Of a stretch of DNA of 50,638 nt, positions 18,711-28,346 are shown piece by piece; positions within the stretch are counted from its first letter, which is position 1; every line of letters begins with the position of its first letter. A model generated the notes under the pieces. It saw only the letters and a list, made by a program, of their open reading frames with translations, had not been told where the DNA came from and did not search any database. The translations under genes were made by a program, and so were the position numbers. This DNA is from Campylobacterota bacterium (GTDB lineage Bacteria > Campylobacterota > Campylobacteria > Campylobacterales > QNZT01): contig JAHZKW010000105.1 of the NCBI GenBank assembly GCA_022600175.1, positions 1 to 50,638 of the forward strand. The letters are read 5' to 3'.

Positions 18711-19991
18711 TTATTTACCAAGGTAAAGCTGTCTAGGTCTTGTGATCTTATATGGAGTACGTCTAAACTCCATCAGTTGTGTGATCCACCCAACTGTTCG
18801 ACCAATCACAAAAATAGGGGTAAACATCGGTCGATTAATCTTTAGGGCTGTTAAAATCACTCCCGAGTAAAAGTCAATATTTGGATAGAGATTTCGACTC
18901 ACAAAGTACTCATCTTGCAGGGCTACTTCTTCTATTTTATGCGCAATCTCCATCAGGTGAGAATCCAAATCTAACTCATTTTTAAGTTGATCTTGCAACT
19001 TTTTTAAGGCTTTAGCTCTTGGATCAAAGTTTTTATAGACTCTATGACCAAACCCCATCAGACGAAATGGATCGTTTGGATCTTTTGCTTTAGCGATGTA
19101 CTTATCTACATTTTTCACATCACCAATCATATCTAACTGAGAGATTACGGACTCATTTGCTCCACCATGTGCTCTGCCCCAAAGTGCAGAGATACCAGCA
19201 GAGATAGCCACATAAGGATGTGCACCTGTAGAAGCTACAGTTCTCACTGTAGTAGTCGATGCATTTTGTTCATGATCAGCATGGAGTGTGAAGATAGTAT
19301 CAAGTGCTTTGATCTCAATCTCTTTAATCTCCTCAACACCATTGAGTGTTCTTTTCATCTTTCCACCAGGATAAGCACGGAGCATATAGAGAAAGTTTTC
19401 TGTAAAAGAGCGTTCAATATCAGGATAGATGATAGGAATCCCTAGAGATTTTCGATAAGCAAAGGCAGCCACAGTAGGGATCTTAGCAATAATCCGACTT
19501 GCCATCTCTTGCTTAGCTTCTTCATCATTATTTTTAAGATGTTCATAATAAAAAGAGGAGAGTGCTGAGACACCTGAAGAGAGGATAGACATAGGGTGTG
19601 CATTATCAGGAAAAGAGTCTATAAGTTGTTTGAGGTTTTCATCGATAAAAGATCGATGACGTATCTCATAGTCAAAATCTAAAAGTTCATCAGCAGAAGG
19701 AAGCTTCCCTCGAAGGAGTAAAAAACAAGTCTCAAGGTAGTTATGATTTTCCGCTAACTCTTCTATCGGTATTCCTCGATATCGAAGTTCTCCTTGTTGT
19801 CCATCGATATAGGTAACCTTAGATCTACAACTTGCTGTTGACGTATACCCCTCATCAAAAGTAAACATTCCTGTCTCTTTATAAAACTTTGAGATATCTA
19901 CGACACTTGGCCCCCTCGTTGCATCCAAGATATCAAATTCAAACTTCTCTTCGGTTCTGTTGTTGATCATTGTAACAGTATCTTTACTCAT
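18711..19991 (-). CDS. gltA: Citrate synthase (type II)
   Basis: LHADHEQNAST, HGGANE, GFGHRVYKNFDPR and YPNIDFYSG motifs. Confidence 0.97.
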   Translation of the reverse strand: MSKDTVTMINNRTEEKFEFDILDATRGPSVVDISKFYKETGMFTFDEGYTSTASCRSKVTYIDGQQGELRYRGIPIEELAENHNYLETCFLLLRGKLPSADELLDFDYEIRHRSFIDENLKQLIDSFPDNAHPMSILSSGVSALSSFYYEHLKNNDEEAKQEMASRIIAKIPTVAAFAYRKSLGIPIIYPDIERSFTENFLYMLRAYPGGKMKRTLNGVEEIKEIEIKALDTIFTLHADHEQNASTTTVRTVASTGAHPYVAISAGISALWGRAHGGANESVISQLDMIGDVKNVDKYIAKAKDPNDPFRLMGFGHRVYKNFDPRAKALKKLQDQLKNELDLDSHLMEIAHKIEEVALQDEYFVSRNLYPNIDFYSGVILTALKINRPMFTPIFVIGRTVGWITQLMEFRRTPYKITRPRQLYLGK

Positions 19992-20055
19992 TTATCTGCT
20001 CCTTCTTTTTGCTAATTTTTACATGATAGTAAAATTCCGTTTAGTCTATATGTAT

Positions 20056-21174
20056 TTAGTTGCGTCTTTTATACTCATCATAGCCAAACTCTCTCACGAT
20101 ATCGACTGTTCCGTCCTCTTTAAGCAAAACAAGATTTGGTAGTTTGATACCATTAAAAGTTGTATTTTTTACGATGGTATAATGTATCTGATCTTCAAAG
20201 ATGATCCTATCTCCTATCTCTAGCGGTTTATCAAAAGCGTAATCTCCCATGATATCTCCAGCTAAACATGTATTTCCCGCCAATCGATAGGTATGTGGCT
20301 TGGCACCTGCTTCTAAGGCACCCCTTACCTCCGCACGATATGGCATGATGATAGTATCAGGCATATGCGCTTCAGCAGAGGTATCAAGTATTGCAATATC
20401 TATCTCATTGTGTACGATATCAAGCACACTCGATACAAGTACTCCCGTCTGCCACCCTACAGCCTCTCCAGGTTCAAGGTAGACCTCTACATCATATCGA
20501 GCTTTAAAATCTTGGATAAGCGTTATCAAATTCTCTACATCATAACCTTTTCGTGTGATATGATGCCCTCCACCAAAGTTGATCCATTTCATCTTAGGTA
20601 TCACAGTTCCAAACTTCGCTTCAAACGCTTGCAATACTAACTCTAGAGCATCAGCATCTTGTTCACAAAGTGCATGAAAATGTAATCCTTCAATTCCCTC
20701 TAACATCTCTTCTCTAAACTCTTTTTGTGTGATCCCTAGTCGACTATACTGTGCACATGGATTGTAAAGATCCGTTGGAGCAGAAGAGACTTCAGGGTTG
20801 ATACGAAGGCCACATGAGACTTTGCCTATCGCTTTTTCTCTGTATTTATTCCACTGACTAAAGGAGTTAAAAACGAGATGATTACTTAGAGAGATAATCT
20901 CATCTATCTCATCATCTTTAAATGCAGGGGCATAGGTATGTACTTCTTTTCCCATCTCTTCATAAGCCAGTTTTGCTTCGTAAAGTCCACTAGCACAACA
21001 CCCTTGCAGATACATTCCCACAAGATCAAAACTTGCACGAAAAGCAAATCCTTTAAGTGCTAATAAAATCTTTGCACCACTTTGTTGCTCTACATAAGCT
21101 AAAAGCTCAAGGTTTTGTCTTAATTTTTTTTCTTCTAAAAGATAGTATGGTGTCTGTAACGTACTAATATCCAT
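20056..21174 (-). CDS. nspC: Carboxy(nor)spermidine decarboxylase
   Basis: LALKGF, LHFHALCEQ, NFGGGHHIT, EPGEA and HYTIVKNTTFNG motifs. Confidence 0.95.
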   Translation of the reverse strand: MDISTLQTPYYLLEEKKLRQNLELLAYVEQQSGAKILLALKGFAFRASFDLVGMYLQGCCASGLYEAKLAYEEMGKEVHTYAPAFKDDEIDEIISLSNHLVFNSFSQWNKYREKAIGKVSCGLRINPEVSSAPTDLYNPCAQYSRLGITQKEFREEMLEGIEGLHFHALCEQDADALELVLQAFEAKFGTVIPKMKWINFGGGHHITRKGYDVENLITLIQDFKARYDVEVYLEPGEAVGWQTGVLVSSVLDIVHNEIDIAILDTSAEAHMPDTIIMPYRAEVRGALEAGAKPHTYRLAGNTCLAGDIMGDYAFDKPLEIGDRIIFEDQIHYTIVKNTTFNGIKLPNLVLLKEDGTVDIVREFGYDEYKRRN

Positions 21175-21994
21175 ACTTTTCTACGATCTTCTCAATATAA
21201 GGGATGTAGCTACTACCAAACGCACGTGCATGTACTAAGTAAGGATAGAGGTTATAGATATCCACACGCTCCTCATAAAACCCCTCAGCGATAGGGAAAA
21301 GTTCATTGTACTTTTGAAAAAAACTATCATCAAAGGTACTAAATAACATGATAAAAGCTAACTCTATCTCATGGTGTCCATAATAGATCGCAGGATCTAT
21401 AAAAGAGACCACTTCACCATTTTCTATGAGAACATTACCACTCCAGACATCACCATGAAGCAGTGAAGGAAACTCTGGCTCTATCAAGTACTTATCAAAA
21501 TCCTCACAAAACAGAATAATTCTATCATAGAGTTTTTCAGAGATCTTCCCCTCTATCAAAGTCTTATTGGCAAAGTCTAAGATTCGCTCACGTTTAAAAA
21601 AATCAATCCATGAACTATTTTGTTTATTTGACTGTTCAAATAATCCTACAGTGGTATCTGTAGCGAAACCAAACTTCTCATCTTGTATACGATGTAGTGC
21701 TGCAAGTTTGATCGCAGCATCAAGCTCTGCATCCTCTTTGCCTACACCATTATTAGGTACATACTCAGTGATGAGTATATTTTCTAGTTTTTTAACAACA
21801 TTAGGAATGGGCAGATTGGAGTACTCTCTAAGATACTCTAACATTTGCGCTTCACTTTTTAGTAAAAAGCTCTGTTCACTCACTTTAACTAGATATTTAT
21901 CATCACAATTATAGATATAGGCACTACTATTTTGCGCGATAAGAGTACAACTACGAATGGGGATTCTTAAGATCTTGGCGATATTATCTTTCAT
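21164..21994 (-). CDS. Fructosamine kinase family protein
   Basis: LLHGDVWSGN and FIDPAIYYGHHEIELA motifs. Confidence 0.88.
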   Translation of the reverse strand: MKDNIAKILRIPIRSCTLIAQNSSAYIYNCDDKYLVKVSEQSFLLKSEAQMLEYLREYSNLPIPNVVKKLENILITEYVPNNGVGKEDAELDAAIKLAALHRIQDEKFGFATDTTVGLFEQSNKQNSSWIDFFKRERILDFANKTLIEGKISEKLYDRIILFCEDFDKYLIEPEFPSLLHGDVWSGNVLIENGEVVSFIDPAIYYGHHEIELAFIMLFSTFDDSFFQKYNELFPIAEGFYEERVDIYNLYPYLVHARAFGSSYIPYIEKIVEKYGY

Positions 21995-22059
21995 ACTTTT
22001 ATGACTTCTGCAACATTTTTTTACTATTATACATCTTTAAACCTCAAAAAGGAGATACT

Positions 22060-22512
22060 TTGACATCAATACTTTTTGTTTGCCTTGGGAATATCTGCCG
22101 CTCTCCGCTGGCAGAAGGAATAGCCTTAAATCTCAAAGACAAATATGACCTAAATATAGAGATTGACTCTGCTGGTACAGGTCATTGGCATGTGGGAAAT
22201 CCACCATGTGAAAACTCTATAACTGTAGCTAATAATAACCATATCGATATCTCCCATCTTCGTGCTAGATTGATCAAAAAAGAAGATGAAAATAAATTTG
22301 ACTATATAGTTGTTATGGATGAAAATAACTATACGGACCTTATAGCAATGGGCTTTAAAAATGTTTACAAGATAGGAAATTATGGGGGTTTTGAAGGAGC
22401 TGATGTTCCAGACCCTTACTTTTTTGATGGCTTTGAGGGGTTTGATAAAGTATTTGAGATGTTAGATATAAGTGTCAGAGACTTTATGTACAAGGAGAGA
22501 TTAATATCATGA
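22060..22512 (+). CDS. Low-molecular-weight protein-tyrosine phosphatase
   Basis: CLGNICRS P-loop and DVPDPY motif. Confidence 0.93.
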   Translation: MTSILFVCLGNICRSPLAEGIALNLKDKYDLNIEIDSAGTGHWHVGNPPCENSITVANNNHIDISHLRARLIKKEDENKFDYIVVMDENNYTDLIAMGFKNVYKIGNYGGFEGADVPDPYFFDGFEGFDKVFEMLDISVRDFMYKERLIS

Positions 22513-23240
22513 GAAGTTGTATACTATTTTTAACCTTGTTTTTCACAGCTTGTTCACACTCTGATAGTAGACTTGTTCACATCCCTGAAGCATCAGGTAT
22601 CTGTTATGCACACAACAGTAACACGCTCTTTGTGGCTAATGACGAAGGTAAAGTTTTTGAGATTACAGCTGAAGGTGAGATCTTGCGTAAAAAGCGACTA
22701 GGAAACTATGATCTTGAAGGCGTGGCCTGTGATAGTGAAAATGGACAACTTCTATTTGCTGTTGAAGAGAGCGACAATATCTTGATTGTCAACCAAAAAA
22801 CACTTGCTGTACAAAAAGAGATCAATATCAAACGTAAGTTTAAAGATATTACTGTGCTTAAAAAAGATAAAAAAAATGGACTTGAAGGTATCACTATTGC
22901 ACCAAATGCCATCTACCTCTCCAACCAATCTAACAAAAAATGGCCAAAATCTGACCCATCAGTTGTCATCAAAATAGATTCACTTAATAAGAAAAAAGTC
23001 GCAATCAAAAAGATCATCGATCATGGATATAAAGATATTGCAGGCTTAGCGTACCATGAAGGCTACCTCTATATGGTTAGCGATACCGAAAACTTACTCA
23101 TCAAATATGACTTGAAAAAAAATAAAACTGTATCAACCAGAAAACTTGCTAAATCTGCACAAGAAGGGATTACCTTTGATAACAAAGGCTACATGTATAT
23201 CGCAGATGATGAAGGGTCAATCATCAAAGAGCGTTTTTAG
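22509..23240 (+). CDS. SdiA-regulated/YjiK-like beta-propeller lipoprotein
   Basis: Lipobox FTAC; repeated EASGI/LEGV/LEGI/QEGI blades. Confidence 0.75.
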   Translation: MRSCILFLTLFFTACSHSDSRLVHIPEASGICYAHNSNTLFVANDEGKVFEITAEGEILRKKRLGNYDLEGVACDSENGQLLFAVEESDNILIVNQKTLAVQKEINIKRKFKDITVLKKDKKNGLEGITIAPNAIYLSNQSNKKWPKSDPSVVIKIDSLNKKKVAIKKIIDHGYKDIAGLAYHEGYLYMVSDTENLLIKYDLKKNKTVSTRKLAKSAQEGITFDNKGYMYIADDEGSIIKERF

Positions 23241-24064
23241 TCAGCCATACGAAGCAGTCTATCGAGTAACCGTGTACTAGTCAGTCGCTTGATATACCAA
23301 AAAATCTTTGTAGGGAATGTCACTCTATAACGCGCTTTTGGTCTTTTAGACTCTAAAGCTTTAATCAAAGACTTAAGCACAGCATCAGGACCAAGTGTAA
23401 AAGGGACATCACCTTCACTCTCTAACGCTTTTAACTTCTTCTTATACGCCTGCTGATGTGCACTATGCACAGTGTCAATATTTTGTGAAAATTTAGCCAA
23501 TGCATTTTTGCGAAAATCACTTCTTATAGGACCTGGCTCTATCAAAGATACATAGACATTACTGCCTACTAACTCTTGTCTTAAGGTATCGCTCAAACCT
23601 TCTAAAGCATACTTACTTGCATTATAAGCACCACGATACTGCATAGAGACAAACCCTAAGATCGAACTATTTTGAATAATCCGCCCTTCCCCTTGTTGAC
23701 GCATCACAGGAAGTAGTAAATTGGTAAGCTCTTGTGTACCAAAGATATTGGTTTCAAACTGTGATCGTAAAACATCTCGATGCAAATCCTCTACAGCACC
23801 AGGTTGTCCATAAGCGCCATTGTTAAAAAGTGCATAGAGCTTATTTTCTGATCGCTTTAGTACCTCATCAACTGCACTTTGGATACTTTGGCTATCATCA
23901 AGATCAAGCTTAAATGATTCAAAACCTTCACTGCTCAATCTCTCTACATCTGCCTCTTTTCGGGCAGTGGCAAATACACGATAACCACGATCGCGTAACC
24001 CTAGAGCACAATGATATCCAATACCACTGGAACAACCAGTGATTAAAATCACCCTACTTTTCAT
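23237..24064 (-). CDS. Short-chain dehydrogenase/reductase (YbbO-like)
   Basis: TGCSSGIG, NNGA and YNASK motifs; ATG 24064 preferred as start. Confidence 0.92.
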   Translation of the reverse strand: MKSRVILITGCSSGIGYHCALGLRDRGYRVFATARKEADVERLSSEGFESFKLDLDDSQSIQSAVDEVLKRSENKLYALFNNGAYGQPGAVEDLHRDVLRSQFETNIFGTQELTNLLLPVMRQQGEGRIIQNSSILGFVSMQYRGAYNASKYALEGLSDTLRQELVGSNVYVSLIEPGPIRSDFRKNALAKFSQNIDTVHSAHQQAYKKKLKALESEGDVPFTLGPDAVLKSLIKALESKRPKARYRVTFPTKIFWYIKRLTSTRLLDRLLRMAD

Positions 24065-24620
24065 CTGGACAATTTGCAATACAGATCTGTTTTTGTTTTA
24101 CACTACCACCACACTCTACAAAACAGCTATCATATGTTTTAAGACAACCACAGTCAATCTGACACATTTGCATCTCAGCTAACTTGATCTCCTCTTCTAA
24201 GATAGGTTTTTTAGGTTTTACAGGTCGAAAATAGGGATATGGTTGCATCCAAAACATACGGTGAGGATGATATAAGCCAATCCCTCTATATCCATATCCA
24301 TAACCATAATAACCTGGTAAGTAGTAAAAATCCCGCTCAAACTCGTACATCTGCATCTCTACAGCATAACGCTCTAAACGTCTTACATACTCCTGCGTTT
24401 TTGTTTCAAAGTTAGCTTTAGCATGTTGTTTTGCTTTCGTTTGACAAATCTGGAAGTTTGCTTTACAGATCTCTTTACAACTTCCATACTGTTTTTGACA
24501 CTCTTTTAAACAAACTTTCCCCGTTTCTGAGGTCGGTAAAACATACTCGTTGACACTTTTATATTTTGCAGAACAGCCTAAGAAAAAAAACATACTCACT
24601 ACAATAAAAACAGCACGCAT
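24054..24620 (-). CDS. Cys-rich hypothetical lipoprotein
   Basis: Lipobox FLGC; Cx3C clusters at both ends; Gly/Tyr-rich middle. Confidence 0.7.
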   Translation of the reverse strand: MRAVFIVVSMFFFLGCSAKYKSVNEYVLPTSETGKVCLKECQKQYGSCKEICKANFQICQTKAKQHAKANFETKTQEYVRRLERYAVEMQMYEFERDFYYLPGYYGYGYGYRGIGLYHPHRMFWMQPYPYFRPVKPKKPILEEEIKLAEMQMCQIDCGCLKTYDSCFVECGGSVKQKQICIANCPDEK

Positions 24621-24724
24621 TAGGAACTCCTTAGTTTATTATCGAGTTTATCATATTTTGGACAATATCACAACTATTAAAGTATTTTCAACTTTGTCGA
24701 TATAAAAATAAAAAAGGTTTAATT

Positions 24725-25243
24725 ATGAAAAAAACTTTTTATATCTTTTGTAGTTTCATTATCCTCATATTTTCTACAGGATGTGGTACTCCCGTAGAAG
24801 AGACAAACAGCTTAACCACATCAGGTTCAACAATTGAAGATAATCTCTATACGTTAAACAGTCCAACGTTTGATCTAGACAAGATAGTTTCCCAAAAAAA
24901 GTGGAGTAATATGGAGATAGACTTAGATCAATTTTACCAAACACCATTTAGCACGGTTAAAAAACCTTATCGTATAGAGATGGAATTTAAAGAGCAAAAA
25001 GTTACTGCTTATGCAGATTGTCAAAAACTCACCGCCTCTTATAAGATAGCAGATAAAACCCTATCTTTTTCCAAACTCTCTTATGCCCCTGCTGTTGATG
25101 TCGCCAGCTGTATAGAGTCTGAAGATGCTGATCAAGCGGTCTATCAGTTTTTTAACCATACCTATGAGACGATAGAAACAAGTGCCAAAGCAGTCACTTT
25201 TCAAGCCAATGAGGTAGAAGCTAAAGTAACACTTACTAGATAG
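24725..25243 (+). CDS. Lipoprotein with a probable META (HslJ-like) domain
   Basis: Lipobox STGC; AYADCQKLTASY...C pattern resembles the META G.GCN...Y...C pattern. Confidence 0.6.
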   Translation: MKKTFYIFCSFIILIFSTGCGTPVEETNSLTTSGSTIEDNLYTLNSPTFDLDKIVSQKKWSNMEIDLDQFYQTPFSTVKKPYRIEMEFKEQKVTAYADCQKLTASYKIADKTLSFSKLSYAPAVDVASCIESEDADQAVYQFFNHTYETIETSAKAVTFQANEVEAKVTLTR

Positions 25244-25245
25244 TG

Positions 25246-25989
25246 TTACTCTCCATTCTCTTTTTCACCATGATACGAAACAATGCCATAAGTTAGATTA
25301 CTTACTTGTGAAAAGCCCATCTGTTTCATCGCATTCATACAGTAGTTACTTCGACTACCAGTCAAACAATAAACAATGATAGGTTCAGATTTTTTAGCTT
25401 CAATTTGAGATAGTGACTCATAAAATGAAGTTGTCGGAATCAACACATCAGTCCCGACAATACGCATCTGATACCACTCCATCCACTCTCTAACATCAAC
25501 AAGCGTGAAGTCGATAAAACCGAGAGTTTTAGCTTCCAGCAGTGACTCAAGCTCATCACTATCAAGTTGCTCTTTTTGGAGTAAGACTTCACACTCCTCT
25601 TTACTTAGACCTCTCGAGTGTGTATGTGTGACAGTGTCGATCTCTTCTTCTAGTTTATGCTTTGTAGCATACTCCTCAGTACAGAAAATCCCACAGTGAC
25701 AATAACCTTGTTCAGGGATCTCTTTTTCAAGAGCAGGTTTACATGGACAAATACGGTTATCAGCTGCTTTTTGTTCCTCTTTGGTTTCACCTATAACCAT
25801 AAAACATGGACAAAACCTTTTACCATAGATCATCTTGTTACGGGTTAACCCCATCTGTACGGATTCGTTGATTTCAGGATCTGGATTGTACACAAAACCA
25901 AATTGTGCATTTACTTTATCTGTAAAGATTCTTGTTTTTTCTAACTCTGTCTGATATGCTTCAGAGTTTACATCAATTTTTGCAATCAT
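25246..25989 (-). CDS. Ferredoxin-thioredoxin reductase catalytic domain fused to rhodanese
   Basis: CPC..CPC..CHC motifs followed by VDVRE..EW and YCLTGSRS. Confidence 0.88.
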   Translation of the reverse strand: MIAKIDVNSEAYQTELEKTRIFTDKVNAQFGFVYNPDPEINESVQMGLTRNKMIYGKRFCPCFMVIGETKEEQKAADNRICPCKPALEKEIPEQGYCHCGIFCTEEYATKHKLEEEIDTVTHTHSRGLSKEECEVLLQKEQLDSDELESLLEAKTLGFIDFTLVDVREWMEWYQMRIVGTDVLIPTTSFYESLSQIEAKKSEPIIVYCLTGSRSNYCMNAMKQMGFSQVSNLTYGIVSYHGEKENGE

Positions 25990-25992
25990 TGT

Positions 25993-26352
25993 TTACCTAT
26001 TTGCCTCTGCATATTCTGACGTGCAAAAAATTCCACAGTGACAAAATCCTTGTGTAGGAATCTCTTCTTCAATTGCAGGCTTACATGGACAAATTCTGTC
26101 ATCAGCACTTTTATGTTTACCTGTCTCTTTATCTTCGATCACCATAAAACAGGGACAAAATCGCTTTCCATAAAGTAGTCTATGACGTGCCAACCCCATC
26201 AATACACCCTCATTGACATCTTCGTTAGGATTATAGACCCAATCAAATTGATTACATACTTTATCAGTAAACTTTTTTGTTTTTGTAATCTCAGTTAAAA
26301 ACTCTTCAGACCCCATATCAATACTTTGCATAACGCTCCTTTCCTTACTCAA
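25993..26352 (-). CDS. Ferredoxin-thioredoxin reductase catalytic subunit-like protein
   Basis: CPC, CPC and CHC motifs. Confidence 0.88.
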   Translation of the reverse strand: MSKERSVMQSIDMGSEEFLTEITKTKKFTDKVCNQFDWVYNPNEDVNEGVLMGLARHRLLYGKRFCPCFMVIEDKETGKHKSADDRICPCKPAIEEEIPTQGFCHCGIFCTSEYAEANR

Positions 26353-26367
26353 ATTCTAACTATTTTA

Positions 26368-27546
26368 TCATAACTCTTCTACAAACCATGGTAAACCTTG
26401 GTTGTTTAGCTCTTCCATGAAAGGATCTGGGTCAAATTGTTCCATATTCCATACACCTTTTTGCATCCAAATACCTTGCATCATAAGTTTTGCACCAATC
26501 ATAGCAGGCACACCCGTAGTATAGCTTACAGCTTGTGCCCCTGTCTCTTTAAAAGTCTCTTCATGATCGCAGACATTATAGATATAAATACACTTCTGCT
26601 TCCCATCTTTCATACCTTTGGCCACAATACCGATATTGGTCTTCCCTGTTGTACGCGGTCCTAAACTTGCAGGATCAGGTAAGAGTGTCTTTAAAAACTC
26701 CATCGGTACAATCTTCATGCCTTGATGTTCAACCTCTTTAATACCCAACATTCCTACATTTTCAAGAGACTTCATGTGGGTCAAATAGCTCTCACCAAAC
26801 GTCATAAAAAAGCGTATACGTTTTAATCCTTTGATATGTTTTACTAAACTCTCCATCTCCTCATGGTAAAGCAGATAACTATCTTTTTTACCAATCTGAG
26901 GATAATCCCAAACCATCTTGATCTCCATAGGCTCCGTTTCTATCCACTCACCATTTTCCCAATAACGCCCTTTAGAACTCACTTCTCGTAGGTTGATTTC
27001 AGGATTAAAGTTTGTCGCAAAAGGGTATCCATGATCTCCCGCATTACAATCAAGAATATCAATCTCAAAAATCTCATCAAAATAGTGTTTTTGCACATAA
27101 GCACAAAAAACATTGGTCACCCCAGGATCAAAGCCACTTCCAAGAAGTGCCATCACCCCAGCATCTTTATAACGATTATTAAATGCCCACTGCTCTTTAT
27201 ACTCAAACTTTGCCGAATCAGGATGTTCATAATTTGCAGTATCAAGATAGTGTACACCCGTCTCAAGACATGCCTGCATGATGGTCAAATCTTGATAAGG
27301 TAGTGCGATATTAAGTACCATATCAGGTTTTATACTTTGGATTAAAGCAACCAGTTCAGGGATATTGTCTGCATCTACTTGTGCAATATCAATATTATCA
27401 ACTCCAACTTCACGCTGTAAAGTTTCACACCGAGACAATGTCCTACTTGCTAACGTGATCTTCTCAAATACCTCTCTATTTTGTACACACTTATGTACCA
27501 CCACACGTCCTACACCTCCAGCACCAATAATCAAAATATTTGCCAT
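26368..27546 (-). CDS. Carboxy(nor)spermidine dehydrogenase (saccharopine dehydrogenase family)
   Basis: GAGGVG, YLDTANYE, GFDPGVT, FATNFNPEINLRE and YHEE motifs. Confidence 0.92.
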   Translation of the reverse strand: MANILIIGAGGVGRVVVHKCVQNREVFEKITLASRTLSRCETLQREVGVDNIDIAQVDADNIPELVALIQSIKPDMVLNIALPYQDLTIMQACLETGVHYLDTANYEHPDSAKFEYKEQWAFNNRYKDAGVMALLGSGFDPGVTNVFCAYVQKHYFDEIFEIDILDCNAGDHGYPFATNFNPEINLREVSSKGRYWENGEWIETEPMEIKMVWDYPQIGKKDSYLLYHEEMESLVKHIKGLKRIRFFMTFGESYLTHMKSLENVGMLGIKEVEHQGMKIVPMEFLKTLLPDPASLGPRTTGKTNIGIVAKGMKDGKQKCIYIYNVCDHEETFKETGAQAVSYTTGVPAMIGAKLMMQGIWMQKGVWNMEQFDPDPFMEELNNQGLPWFVEEL

Positions 27547-27573
27547 TCGCTACTCCCCATCAATAATGGTGAA

Positions 27574-27582
27574 ATTATAGCA
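27574..27582 (-). promoter_or_regulatory. Extended -10 promoter element
   Basis: TGCTATAAT upstream of the CASDH gene. Confidence 0.55.
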
Positions 27583-27698
27583 AAATTGTAACACTTTGAA
27601 AAAGAAAAACCATTTTTAAGCTTAAAAAGTAAATTTAATAGACAAAAGTAAAAAATATTACTATAGTTAAAATAGAAATAATCAGCTAAAGGTTTATA

Positions 27699-28346
27699 AT
27701 GTTGCAAAAAGCGATCATCATCTTCACAACAGTATTACTCTTGTTAGGGTGTGGTACACCAGTTGAAGAGAAAAAAGAGACACTGAGTACAACTGCAGAG
27801 TCAACAAACTATAGCAGAACAACTACCACAAAAATAAATTATATCACGACATTAGGTCTCCATGGTGTTGCACTAGATATTGCACTTAGCGATGATGGTA
27901 ACTATGCTTATATTGCGAGTGGGGATTATGGTTTACAGATTGTCAATATTAAAAACCCTAAACACCCTGAGCTATTAGAAGTAGTGGATACTTATGGATA
28001 TGTCAATCATATAGAGGTTATCAATAATATCGCTTATCTCTCTTATGCTCCACAAACATGGGAAAACTATGAGAGTATCAACGCCTTTAATATCACAGAC
28101 CCCAATAACCCTAAATTTTTAGGCTATTATGAAGGCTATAAAAGTAACAATCATCAAAGTGATGAATCAGAAAGTCATATCATCACACTCAATGACAATA
28201 CCGTGTATGCAACAAGTAAACGTAATCAAAATATTTATGACAGTTATGAACTTTATGATCCTTACGCTTTGACAATTGAAAATAACTATATTTATGTTGC
28301 TAATGGAAGAGATGGGCTAACTGTTCTTAAAATGGGTCATTTTTAG
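27699..28346 (+). CDS. LVIVD-repeat lipoprotein
   Basis: Lipobox LLGC; YAYIASGDYGLQIVNIKNP and YIYVANGRDGLTVL repeats. Confidence 0.78.
   Translation: MLQKAIIIFTTVLLLLGCGTPVEEKKETLSTTAESTNYSRTTTTKINYITTLGLHGVALDIALSDDGNYAYIASGDYGLQIVNIKNPKHPELLEVVDTYGYVNHIEVINNIAYLSYAPQTWENYESINAFNITDPNNPKFLGYYEGYKSNNHQSDESESHIITLNDNTVYATSKRNQNIYDSYELYDPYALTIENNYIYVANGRDGLTVLKMGHF

Noticed and set aside
20056-27546. nspC and CASDH separated by ~5 kb
   Set aside because: A known two-step polyamine pathway; unlinked genes are not unusual.
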